Shown piece after piece: positions 29,824-40,900 of a DNA stretch of 64,000 nt. This DNA is from Acidobacteriota bacterium. GTDB taxonomy: Bacteria; Acidobacteriota; UBA890; WLXD01. The notes beneath the pieces are model-generated. The model saw only the letters and a program-made list of their open reading frames with translations, searched no databases and was not told the DNA's origin. Each line of letters opens with the position of its first letter. Positions within the stretch are counted from its first letter, which is position 1. The position numbers and the translations under genes were made by a program. The stretch is from the NCBI GenBank assembly GCA_012103255.1, contig WLXD01000005.1, positions 115,225 to 179,224 of the forward strand, in the 5' to 3' direction.

Positions 29824-31422
29824 TCAGCGTGCTGGTACTCGAACGATCGGGTAGATGGCGGAGGCTTCGATGGCCTCGTCGAGGAAGTTCCAGTTGGCAA
29901 GCCCGTCGTCAGAGCGCGGCTCCAGGAGGTAGAACGCGAGGCGTGCAAGCGGTTGGTTCATTTCAACACGCCACGTGGCTGCTGGGATTTCCCGATTTGC
30001 GAGCTCATATGCCCCTTCGATTCGTCGTTCCTGGTGACCCTGGAACTCGCGGGCTGCCTGCTGCGAGGACTCGATGTGGAATTCCTCGACCTGCATGACC
30101 TGGCTCGTCGATGTTTCGGTGAGCCTAATGCCGTGCGCGCGCAGACGATCGATCACGGCGTCCAGTTCGCCAGGCACGAGGTAGGCCGCTGGAACGGTCT
30201 CGGTCGCGGTGGGCTCGAAACTACCGTACTCGTACATTCGTTCAGGTCGCACCACATCACGCCGGATCAGGTGGCGGCGTCCGGTGAGCGGGTGGGTGCC
30301 GTTCTCGGTATCGCCCATCAGGATTTCGACCTGCTCGTCGGATCGAGCGGCGGTCGCCCGGACGCCCAATTCGTCGCCCGGGAGGCTGGTGGCGTCGGCA
30401 GCGTCTATCGCGGCGCGGATGTCGACGTCGTTGGTCGCCGCGTAGTCGACGATTTCGCGCACGAAGTACAGCGACGCCAGGACGCGATTTTCGAAAGTCG
30501 CGTAGGCGTAGGCTTCCGAGAGAATCGCGACCCGGTTGCGGAGCCCGATGTAGTTGTTGTTGAACCGTGGGCGGTGGTCGAACGTGTACCAGCCCGGTTC
30601 AGCGTCGCGACGGAACGGGGTGTTGCCGTAGTAGTAGTACTCCCACCCGTATTTTGCGCGGATCGACTCCGTCATCGCCGGTAGCCAGCGGTCGCGGAGG
30701 AGATCGTCGATCGCCGAATGCGTGTTGGGGTTGAGCGGCGGGGAGTACGTCAGGTGATACGCGTGGCGCGTGCCGTTCGTCGTATGGAGATCGACCGAGA
30801 CGTGCGGGTCGTACTCACGCATCATCCCGACGACCGATCGCGCCTCGGGCGACTCGAGCTTCATGTGGTCGCGGTTGAGGTCCAGATCCTGGGCGTTCGG
30901 CCGCTGGCCCATGCCACCGTACGGTCCGTTCTGTCCGGGTCGATTGCCGAGATCGACACGTTCGTTCCCGTCGGCGTTGTAGATCGGAGCGATCAGCAGC
31001 ACAACATCCTCGAACCAAGCGTTGTGATCGCCCTGCGCCACCTCGCGGAGCAGCATCTGCAGCGCTTCCTTGCCGCATACCTCGCCGGCGTGGATGTTCC
31101 CCTGCAGATAGACACGTAGCTTGCCGCTGTCGGCCACGGCTGCTGCCGATGCATTCTCGACGCGTCCCGCGACGATCAACGGGATACGACGGCCCTCGTT
31201 CGTGTAGCCCATCGTGCCGGAGTGCAGCAGGTCGGATTCCGGAACCACAGCGTCGATGAACTCCATCACGTCGGCGTAGCGCGAAGTCTCCATGTAGTCC
31301 GATGCTTCGGCGCGGGTGCGAGGAGTCTGCGCGATCGATTCCGGCGTGATGAATGCAGGACCGATGAGGCCGAGAGCTAGCAGAGAACAGGCGCGCAACG
31401 CGCTGGAGCGGAGTCGGATCAT
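29824..31422 (-). CDS. Secreted M14-family zinc carboxypeptidase-like protein
   Basis: Signal peptide; IHAGE, NADG, DLNRD, DLHT, ILSE. Confidence 0.88.
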   Translation of the reverse strand: MIRLRSSALRACSLLALGLIGPAFITPESIAQTPRTRAEASDYMETSRYADVMEFIDAVVPESDLLHSGTMGYTNEGRRIPLIVAGRVENASAAAVADSGKLRVYLQGNIHAGEVCGKEALQMLLREVAQGDHNAWFEDVVLLIAPIYNADGNERVDLGNRPGQNGPYGGMGQRPNAQDLDLNRDHMKLESPEARSVVGMMREYDPHVSVDLHTTNGTRHAYHLTYSPPLNPNTHSAIDDLLRDRWLPAMTESIRAKYGWEYYYYGNTPFRRDAEPGWYTFDHRPRFNNNYIGLRNRVAILSEAYAYATFENRVLASLYFVREIVDYAATNDVDIRAAIDAADATSLPGDELGVRATAARSDEQVEILMGDTENGTHPLTGRRHLIRRDVVRPERMYEYGSFEPTATETVPAAYLVPGELDAVIDRLRAHGIRLTETSTSQVMQVEEFHIESSQQAAREFQGHQERRIEGAYELANREIPAATWRVEMNQPLARLAFYLLEPRSDDGLANWNFLDEAIEASAIYPIVRVPAR

Positions 31423-31495
31423 CAGTGCCTCGCGGTTCGTGGAATTCAGGGCCCGGAGAATACCGCGATCCTCCATGCGAGGGTCCTGGGGACGC

Positions 31496-31524
31496 TTGAG
31501 GGATGCGGGCCGTGCAGGTAGCTT
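31496..31524 (+). promoter_or_regulatory. Putative sigma70 promoter for sod
   Basis: TTGAGG-17 nt-TAGCTT; GC hairpin at 31551-31574 in the predicted 5' UTR. Confidence 0.4.
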
Positions 31525-31607
31525 CTTGGCATTGAAACCGCACTCTACCTGGGCGCGCTCCTGGAGCGGCGCCCTCCTGAACCGAAAATACCTGAGGCTC
31601 GATCACC

Positions 31608-32306
<699 letters not shown>

Positions 32307-32346
32307 CCCGACGCCGCTGTTCCGTACTCGAATGAGGAGTGAGAGC

Positions 32347-33687
32347 ATGGCGCGTCGCTTTGTCTGCGTCGCGCTCTTGCTCCTCGCTGCCGCCGCCGCC
32401 GCGTGCGCGGACGCGCCACCACGCCCGGTGATCCTGGTGGTCGTCGACACCCTGCGCCCCGATCATCTGGGCATGTACGGCTACGAACGGCCGACCTCGC
32501 CGGGCCTGGACGCCTGGGCGGAGCAGGGCCAGGTTTTCGATCGGGCCTATTCGAGTTCTTCGTGGACGTTGCCGGCCTTTGCCACGATGTTTACCAGTCA
32601 GTATCCGGTGCGGCACGGCGCAGGGACCATGCTGACATCTGGCCCGCGGGCTGCCGACGATGTCCGTGGTCGCGAACGCTTTACCGGGCTCGACACCGCA
32701 TTCCCGACGTTGGCTGAGGTGTTCGGCGCGGCTGGTTATAGAACGGGTGCGGTGTTGAGCAATCCGTTCCTGCACGAGAACTTCGGGGTTTCGCGCGGAT
32801 TCCAGGACTATGACTATGCGGCTCGCCGCCGCGCGGACGAGATCGTCGATCGGAGCCTGGATTGGATCGCCGCGCGCGAGGGGGCACCGTTCTTTCTGAT
32901 GGTCCACTTCATGGATCCTCACCTGCCTTACGACGCGCCGGCACCGTTGCGAGGGCGCTTCACGGCGGAAACCTCATCAGCGCTCGAGTACCCAGTGGCT
33001 CGCGTCCACGACGTGAGACGGCAGATGGCGGAGTTTTCCGACGCAGATCGGCAGTTCGTGGCCGCGGCGTACGACGAAGAGATCGCCTACCTCGATAGCG
33101 AGGTCGTCCGGCTTTTCGAGTCGCTGCAGTCGCGTGGAGTCTGGGAAAACGCCATCGTCCTTCTGACCTCGGATCACGGCGAGGAACTGTTCGAACATGG
33201 CGGCTTCGAGCACGGACACAGCTTCTACGACGAAGTAGTTCGCATCCCGTTTCTCTTGTGGGGAGCCGGAACCGGACGCCGGCCGGAGCCCGTGTCACTG
33301 CTCGATGTCGGCCCAACCTTGTTGGCGGCCGCAGGCGTTGCGTTGCCTGAAGGACTCCAGGGGCTGTCGGTGCTCGAGGCAGGCGCGGAGGGAATCGCTG
33401 CCGAACGTGGCTTGGTGGGCGAAGGAACGCTCGATCATCGTGACCTTCGGGCCGTAGTCCTGTGGCCGTACAAGATCCTGTTCGAGGACGATCAGGCCAT
33501 TGCTGCGTTCAATCTGGAGAACGATCCGGCTGAGTCCGTAGACCTCCTCGGCTCGGCCGACACTGCTCTCGAAGGGCTCGTGACGGCTGCTGCCAGGCTT
33601 CTCGAGTCGCCAAGTGGTTCCCTCAACGAGGCCACGCTCGATCCCTCGGTTCTCGAACAGCTTCGCGATATCGGGTACATCCAGTGA
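32347..33687 (+). CDS. Sulfatase-fold (alkaline phosphatase superfamily) lipoprotein, Thr at nucleophile position
   Basis: Lipobox AAAAC; VVDTLRPDH, WTLPAF, HFMDPHLPY, YDEEI, SDHGE, HGH; C-terminal LRDIGYIQ. Confidence 0.85.
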   Translation: MARRFVCVALLLLAAAAAACADAPPRPVILVVVDTLRPDHLGMYGYERPTSPGLDAWAEQGQVFDRAYSSSSWTLPAFATMFTSQYPVRHGAGTMLTSGPRAADDVRGRERFTGLDTAFPTLAEVFGAAGYRTGAVLSNPFLHENFGVSRGFQDYDYAARRRADEIVDRSLDWIAAREGAPFFLMVHFMDPHLPYDAPAPLRGRFTAETSSALEYPVARVHDVRRQMAEFSDADRQFVAAAYDEEIAYLDSEVVRLFESLQSRGVWENAIVLLTSDHGEELFEHGGFEHGHSFYDEVVRIPFLLWGAGTGRRPEPVSLLDVGPTLLAAAGVALPEGLQGLSVLEAGAEGIAAERGLVGEGTLDHRDLRAVVLWPYKILFEDDQAIAAFNLENDPAESVDLLGSADTALEGLVTAAARLLESPSGSLNEATLDPSVLEQLRDIGYIQ

Positions 33688-35582
33688 CGGGCGCCTTGCC
33701 AGCGGGTAGGGCGGCCGAATGGAAGGGATGGCTGATGGCGCTCGGTCTTCCCGCGCTCTTGTTCGCGTGGACGATGTATGGCGGCGCGGGCGGCCGTGTG
33801 GCGATCGGAGACGCGGTCAAGTTCCAGTTCATCGGGCGCGCGCTTGCCGTTCCGCACGAGCCCGGGTACCCGCAGTACGTCCTGCTCAGTTACGTATGGT
33901 CGCTGCTGCCACTCCCGACCACCCTCGCGTTCAAGATCAACGTTCTCTCCGGCGTTTTCGCGCTCATCGCCGGAACGTTCGTGTACCTCAGCGCGGTCAG
34001 GTTGGCGGGCTCGGTATGGGCCGCGGTGCTGGCCACGTGGTTTCTGTTGCTCAGCGCGGATGTCTGGTTGCTGGCGACGCAGGCCGAGGTCTACACCCTC
34101 AACCTAGCCTGGGTCGCGATTGTCACCTGGGCGGGGTTGCGCTGGCGCGCGACGAGGTCAGATCGCTGGCTTGTGGCGATGATGTTCGCCTACGCCCTCA
34201 GTTTCGGGAATCACCTGCTGATGGTGACCATGCTGCCGGCACTCTTGGCGTTGGTGCTGGCCACCGATCGCAGCGTGCTCACAAGCCCAAGAATGATGGC
34301 GGCGGGCGCGGCCGCAGTGGGCACCGGCCTCGCGCAGTACCTGTTCCTCTGGTGGCGGTCCTACTATCCCGTACCGGGCATGCTGCCGCGGTTTCCACCG
34401 AACGCAAGCTTTCTAGACATTCTTCGATGGAGCGCGGGAGCTCACTTCACCGAGAAGCACTTCCTGTCCTCGGGCATTTCCGGGTGGCCGTCAAGAATGA
34501 TCGAGACCTGGGGTTATGGGTTCCTCGTGCTCACGCCGACACTGGTCGCCGTGGCTGCCTACGGACTCCGGCTGCTATGGCGTCGCGATCGCGGCAGCAC
34601 TCTGTTTCTCGTCGCGGTCGCGCTGGGAGTTACCGCTTTTGCCTCCGCGTACGAGATCAGGAGCTGGCCTTACTACTGCTTCCCGGCATGGCTCGCCCTT
34701 GTTCTGGCATTCGCTGTCGGTGCATCGGACATCTTCGGTCGCGGGCGCCGATGGCAGATCGGATTCTCATCCGCGCTGGCGATCAGCTTGCTCTACGTGG
34801 CCGTTGGTACCTATGGCGAACTCGTCGCCGCCGACCCTCCATACGACAGCGCCGCCGCCGTGGAGGTGGCGCCCTCGAACGCGATCATTGTGCCGTCGTT
34901 GGCCACCCGCACGGCTGGAAACCTCGGCCACTACTACGCGACTGTCTATGGCCAGGACCACGTCCGGGAGATGACGTTCGTTGGCGCGCGCGATCTACTC
35001 CAGGATCCGGATCTGCTGCTCGGACGACGTCACGTTTATGCCCAGTCGGCCGTCGAGGCGGAGTGGCTCTGGAGTCGCGGCGTGGAGGGTCTGCTGACGC
35101 TCGTATCGCCCGGGAGTTCGGATTCCGGCTTCACGTCCAGGACCCCTCAGCCGATAGAGCGCGTCTTCTACGGACTCCGCGGCAATGTGGTTTCTTTGGT
35201 CATTCGCCGCACCGGAGAGCGGGTGCCCCACGAGCCTTCGTTGTTCATCACGGTGCTGGCGCCTGGCCTCACCCATGCGCGGGCGACGCTACGCTGGCCG
35301 CTCGACAGCAACTCGGACTGGGCGGAACAGTTCCGGATCGCGCTACGACGCGCGCGACAGCACGAAACGCTGCTGGTGCTTGGTTTGCAGATGACGCCGG
35401 CCCAGCGTAGCGAGGTCTCACTGGCTCTCACCCGACTACTCGATCAGGCGCCCGACCTCGACACGGTGGGGGACGATTTCGTCCTCGCGTTCCGACGTGG
35501 AATGCGTGAGCGCCTGCCTCTGTTGCAAACGCTCACGCATGAAGGTGTCGAGGTGGCTCTGCCGCTAGCGCCTAGCCGGTGA
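33684..35582 (+). CDS. DUF2723/TMEM260-like GT-C membrane glycosyltransferase
   Basis: GDAVKFQ...VPHEPGYPQY, ATQAEVYTL, LSFGNH; many TM segments; GTGA overlap with the upstream gene. Confidence 0.75.
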   Translation: MTGALPAGRAAEWKGWLMALGLPALLFAWTMYGGAGGRVAIGDAVKFQFIGRALAVPHEPGYPQYVLLSYVWSLLPLPTTLAFKINVLSGVFALIAGTFVYLSAVRLAGSVWAAVLATWFLLLSADVWLLATQAEVYTLNLAWVAIVTWAGLRWRATRSDRWLVAMMFAYALSFGNHLLMVTMLPALLALVLATDRSVLTSPRMMAAGAAAVGTGLAQYLFLWWRSYYPVPGMLPRFPPNASFLDILRWSAGAHFTEKHFLSSGISGWPSRMIETWGYGFLVLTPTLVAVAAYGLRLLWRRDRGSTLFLVAVALGVTAFASAYEIRSWPYYCFPAWLALVLAFAVGASDIFGRGRRWQIGFSSALAISLLYVAVGTYGELVAADPPYDSAAAVEVAPSNAIIVPSLATRTAGNLGHYYATVYGQDHVREMTFVGARDLLQDPDLLLGRRHVYAQSAVEAEWLWSRGVEGLLTLVSPGSSDSGFTSRTPQPIERVFYGLRGNVVSLVIRRTGERVPHEPSLFITVLAPGLTHARATLRWPLDSNSDWAEQFRIALRRARQHETLLVLGLQMTPAQRSEVSLALTRLLDQAPDLDTVGDDFVLAFRRGMRERLPLLQTLTHEGVEVALPLAPSR

Positions 35583-37800
35583 CCCAGAGCGGCACAGGGA
35601 GCATGAACTGCGCTTCCTTCGCAGGGTCGGTCACCATGATCATCAACTCGTAGTAGCCGGCCGGTAGGTCGGCAGGCAGGGTGGCCTTCACGAGGATCTG
35701 GAGACCGTCGCTCTCGGTATCGTGGAAGCTGGCGAAGATGGTCTGGGCCGCGAGAGCTACCTGCTCGCCAGTGCTTGCCTGCAGAACCATGCCGAATTGC
35801 GCCGCGACGCTACCGTCGGGGTTCTTCGTCAGGTTGTGCGCAACCAGGTACGCATACTGCTCGGACCCTGCTGGGCCAGACAGAACCGCGGCCGGCGTGA
35901 CTTCGTTCTCGCCAATTACGAGCGGATACGAAACGGGACCGTCGACCTTGTGTTCGGGAGGCGTGGCAGCGTTGAAGCCGCGCATCATGAGGCCCGGGTG
36001 GTCCCAGTCGACTCCGACCGGACCTGACACAACGGGGTCGCCTGACGCGTGATGGCCCATCGCGGTTGTGGGTGTCGTGACCGCGCTGATCCTGCCGATT
36101 TCCTTGTCGCGCAGGACAACGCGCACGCGCCGGTCGCCCGGCGTAGCCCACAGCAAGTCGTAGTAGCGGAACGGCAAGCCGGCCGCGGGAGACTGACGCA
36201 TGCGGTCCATGTCGAGTTCGATGTCGCGCGCCGAGAAGTCACTCATGCGGTCCTGGTCGTCCAGAACGTACGAGAGGATCTCAAGCTGGACCTTCGTATC
36301 GGCCCCGCTGTCGGCAAGCTCTTCCATCTGGCTCCACGGAACCTCGATGATGACCGGGACACGATTGCGAATCCCGTTGCCGTAGAAGCCTCCCGATGCG
36401 ACATCGAAAACTAGATCGGTCTCGGTAATTCCCTTCGTGACGAATTCAGCGAGCTGGAGCTGTTTCTGAACCTCGCTCATGTTGGCGTAGTCAACCGGAG
36501 CTGCCAGCTCCTCAGGGGCGTCTACGGTCGCTCCAGCCGCGGTGGCATTGATATCGAGCTTGAGGATTTCCGGATCGCCTGGTTGGCGCGCAAAGGCGAT
36601 GACGTAGTAGGAGCGGTTGGCCTGCTCTATCTCTCCCAGTGCGCCCACGATGTCGTTGGTTTCCCAGTGCATCTGGCCACCTGTGGCAGATGCCAGCGAG
36701 GTGAGTGCGCTACGCGACCCGCCGCGTGAGTCGAAACTGCCACCGCTGGTCTCCATGCTGCCGATCGATGTTCGATCGCGGCCACCGCCCAGCCCGGAAG
36801 GATCGACCACGTGGATCACTGCGTCGGCAGAGCGGAACACCTCCAGGGAATCGTCCAAGGAGGCCCGTACGTCTGCGCTGCCGAAACGTTCGTCACCGCT
36901 CGACGTGGCGAGGGCAAGACCGGCATTTTCCTGCATGTCGGTGGTCATGTCCGAGAGTTCGCCCAGGGACTGGCCAGTCAGCACTGCGTCGTCGAAGCCC
37001 TGGGAGAAGTAGATCACGTGTTTGCGGCCACGAATATTGCGCAGGATGTCGCCGACCTGCTGCATCTGACCCGTATAGCTCGCTACCAGATTGCTGTAGT
37101 CGTTGTACTCAAGGCCGCGAACTTGTTGAGACATCTCGGCGAGTGCGCCTGCCACATCCAGGGGAGCACCTGCGCCGCCAGGCTCGTTGCCACCGGTCGC
37201 AACACCGCCGGCTTCCGCGAGGGCGAGGTCGAGGATCGGATTAGCCAGGAAGCCTGCGCGAGCGATGTTCTTCGTGGCTTGGTTGAGCCCGAGGCCGTTG
37301 ATCGCGGTGAGGATTTGCTCTCGATCGCGGGTGAGCGGAACTACTAGTCGAGCGCCGGAGACCGTGTTGAACGTCGCGATCCCAACAAGGTCGCGCGGGC
37401 TCAACTGGTTCTCGACGAAATCTCGTGCTGCTTCCTGGGCCTCGACAACTCCTCGGGGGTTGTTGAATGCGGCGTCGAAGAACAGTACCCACTGCCGCCA
37501 GCCGGCCGGAGGTACATCGGCCGCCGCCCCCGCGTCGACGTCGCTGACATTCACCTCGTACACCGCAGTGATCGGGCGACCGTCGCCGTCGACGCTGAGG
37601 GTGAAGTCGGACGCTTCGAGCCCGGGCACGAACGCGCCGTCCGACCCCGTCACTCGAACCTGAAACTGAACGACGTCAACGCGGGCGCGGAACTGGGGGC
37701 GCTGCTGGGCTAGCGACGCGAGTGGCGCGGCCATCATGGCCACGAGTGCGAGCGCAGTCAGACGCCTGGCGTTGCGGTAGCGAGGAGAGGAAGAGCGCAT
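35572..37800 (-). CDS. Secreted VWA-domain protein (Acidobacterial VWFA-related type)
   Basis: Signal peptide; FRARVDVVQFQVRVT..GAFVPGLEASDF, LFFD, GRKHVIYFSQG, LASATGG, SYYVIAF. Confidence 0.8.
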   Translation of the reverse strand: MRSSSPRYRNARRLTALALVAMMAAPLASLAQQRPQFRARVDVVQFQVRVTGSDGAFVPGLEASDFTLSVDGDGRPITAVYEVNVSDVDAGAAADVPPAGWRQWVLFFDAAFNNPRGVVEAQEAARDFVENQLSPRDLVGIATFNTVSGARLVVPLTRDREQILTAINGLGLNQATKNIARAGFLANPILDLALAEAGGVATGGNEPGGAGAPLDVAGALAEMSQQVRGLEYNDYSNLVASYTGQMQQVGDILRNIRGRKHVIYFSQGFDDAVLTGQSLGELSDMTTDMQENAGLALATSSGDERFGSADVRASLDDSLEVFRSADAVIHVVDPSGLGGGRDRTSIGSMETSGGSFDSRGGSRSALTSLASATGGQMHWETNDIVGALGEIEQANRSYYVIAFARQPGDPEILKLDINATAAGATVDAPEELAAPVDYANMSEVQKQLQLAEFVTKGITETDLVFDVASGGFYGNGIRNRVPVIIEVPWSQMEELADSGADTKVQLEILSYVLDDQDRMSDFSARDIELDMDRMRQSPAAGLPFRYYDLLWATPGDRRVRVVLRDKEIGRISAVTTPTTAMGHHASGDPVVSGPVGVDWDHPGLMMRGFNAATPPEHKVDGPVSYPLVIGENEVTPAAVLSGPAGSEQYAYLVAHNLTKNPDGSVAAQFGMVLQASTGEQVALAAQTIFASFHDTESDGLQILVKATLPADLPAGYYELMIMVTDPAKEAQFMLPVPLWVTG

Positions 37801-37980
37801 TGCAGCCTCGATCGATTTCAGGGGGCTTGTTTGGACGCCGCACGACGTCCGAGCACCGGGAGCATGCCGCATTCACGGCGAAAACGAAACGTGCTCGACC
37901 CTCCTCCCGTGCCCCTCTCTGTGTGGCATGCTCGCGTTGCCCGTCTCGAGACTCCCACGGATTCCTGCGTTCGGAGCGAT

Positions 37981-40900
37981 ATGGCTACTCTGAGAACTCA
38001 CCACGCGCGCGTCTTTCTTCTGGCCGGCCTCGTGCTGGCGCTGCCGGCGCTGGGTCAAACGGTGGACGAGAACGCCGAGTCCGCCAAGGCGGCCGCGCAG
38101 GACAAGAGTCTGCCGCTCATCACGACTCGAACGCTCGACTTCACAACCGATGAGGGGACTTGGATCTCGCTCGACGTGTCGCCGGACGGCGAGACGATCG
38201 TGTTCGAGTTGTTGGGCGACCTCTACACATTGCCCATCGCCGGAGGGCAGGCCGAGCGCATCACAAGCGGTCAGGCGTACGACATGCAACCGCGGTACTC
38301 GCAGGACGGGACGCGAATCGTCTTCATCAGCGATCGCAACGGTTCTGAGAACCTCTGGGTAGCGAATGCGGACGGGTCCGACCCCGAGGCACTGACGACC
38401 GGTGAGAAGCAGAGCTATGTTTCGCCGATCTGGGCCCCGGAGGAGGACTATGTTCTCGCGACCAAGGGGAGTCAGCTGTGGCTGTACCACCTGGATGGCG
38501 GCTCTGGCGTGCAGGTCACTGGCCACGACGACGGAGCCCCTGCACACGCTGGTGTCGCCGCGTCGGATGATCCTGGTTACCTCTGGGTCAACCTCCGGGG
38601 ACGCCCTCAGGGCGGGTTTCCCACGAGCAGTTTTGAGCCGCGAACTCACGACGCGCCATCCGCGGCGATCCAGAGCTCTCCGCGCCAGGTCGGGCCATAC
38701 CAGATCGGCCTACTCGATCGCGAGTCGGGCATGGTCCGTGTGCAGACGCACGAGCACGAGGGCGCATTTCGACCTGTGGCGAGTCCGGACGGCCGATGGC
38801 TCGTGTACGCCACGCGCTACGACACTCGTGAAGCTCTCAGGCTCGTGGATCTTCAGACCGAGGACGAAAGCTGGCTTCTCATGGACGTCCAGCGCGACGA
38901 CAGCCAGGGTGGCGGGATGCGCGATCGTGATGTCTATCCCGGGTCGGCTTTTCTGCCGGACTCTAGCGCGCTGATCACGAGTTTCGGCGGCAAGATCTGG
39001 AGCGTCGCGGTGCCGTCGGGGGATGTCACGCCGATCCCATTCTCGGCGCGCGTCGAGCAGGAACTCGGTGCTCTGGCCAAGTTCGAGTACCCGATCGACG
39101 ACGACCAGCTCACCGTGTCGCAGATTCGCGGCGCCCAACCGTCGCCGGATAGTTCTCGATTGGTGTTCTCCGCCCTCGATCGTCTGTGGATTGCCGACTT
39201 GCCCGCCGCATCGGCTGCAGTGGTCGAACCGGTCGTGCTCGACGACGAGACAGAGACACACTCCACGATTCGAGACGCGAGTCGACTGACGACCGGCGAC
39301 GACGTGGAGCACGCGCCGGTTTGGTCTCCGGACGGGGCGTATGTCGCGTATGTCACCTGGAATGACGAGACTGGCGGCGACATCTACCGCATGCGCGCTG
39401 ACGGCTCGGGCGCTCCGGAGCGACTGACTACAACATCCGCCTTCTACGACAAGATCGCTTACTCGCCAGACGGAGATCGGATTGTTGGTGTGCGCGGCAA
39501 CAAGATGCACCGGATGCGCACGCTGGAGGACTTCGGCAACCACGCGACGACCGCCGAACTGGAGTACATGTGGTTGCCGGCCGACGGCGGCGATACGACC
39601 CGAATCGCGTGGGTCGGCAGCGGCGCTACGCAGCAGGGCCGCAACGCGCCGCACTTCGGGCCCGAAGCTGATCGGATCTACGTCTGGACAGGACGTGACG
39701 GTCTGATTTCGATGCGCTACGACGGCACAGACGTACGGACACACCTTCACGTGACCGCGCCGTCCGGCAACAGGTTCGGACCCGCACGTCCGGAGGAAGT
39801 CTTGATTTCGCCTGGCGGGGGCTACGCTCTGATCCGGGTCAACCGCAATGTCTTCATGAGCGTGGTGCCGCCCGTTGGCGGGGAGGCCCCAACCGTGTCA
39901 CTCGGGGGCGGTGCCGCGGTTCCAACCTGGCGCTTGACCGAGATCGGTGGTGACTTCATCGCGTGGGATGCCGACGGAGCGACCGCGCTCTACTCGATCG
40001 GCCGGAGTTTCTTCCGCTACTCGCTCGAAGATGCGGAGGCTGTCGCGGATGCGATCGACGCCCATCAGGCCGCGGAAGAGGAGGCTGACGAGCCCGACGA
40101 GGAAAGCAGTACGCCCGCCGAGGAAGCCGAGATGGATTCCGCGGCCGAGGGCGAGACGGAGACGGAGTCGGGGGCTGATAGCGATGCTGACGCTGGTGAC
40201 GACGCCGAGCAGGAGCCCGAGATTCCCCAGTACCGAGCGGATCGCGTCGATGTCGAGATAGTCGTCGACAAGGACAAGCCTAAGGGGACGGTTGCGCTTC
40301 GCAACGCGCGCCTTATTACGATGCGCGGCGCCGAGGTGATCGAGCGTGGAGACATCGTCATCACCGACAATCGCATCGTGGCCGTCGGGCCGAGCGGCGA
40401 GGTCGATATCCCGAACGACGCGACAGAGCACGACATGTCCGGCAAGACGATCTACCCGGGTCTCGTCGATATCCACGCTCATACCTGGGTCGCATGGGGC
40501 GTGCATCGCGAGCAGGTTTCCCAGTTCCTGGCCCAGCTCGCATACGGCGTGACAACTCAACGCGATCCACAGACTTCGTCCGAAGATGTCGTGACGTACT
40601 CCGATCTCATGGAGACGGGCGAACTCATCGGCCCGCGGATCTACTCCACCGGGCCCGGCGTGTTCTCCAACGACAACATCAAGAGTCTGGATGAAGCGCG
40701 AGACGTGCTGCGCCGCTACTCGGATCACTACAACACCAAGACGATCAAGCAGTACATGGCCGGAGACCGGAAGGTGCGGCAGTGGGTCATCATGGCCGCG
40801 CGCGAACTGGGCCTGACGCCGACCACGGAAGGCGGAAGCAACTTCACGATGAACCTGACGCTGATGCAGGACGGCTACGCCGGCCTGGAGCACTCGCTTC

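Noticed and set aside
35572-37800. Degenerate MIDAS motif (DAAFN) in the VWA protein
   Set aside because: Non-canonical MIDAS is frequent in this VWA subfamily as I recall it, so it is not distinctive alone
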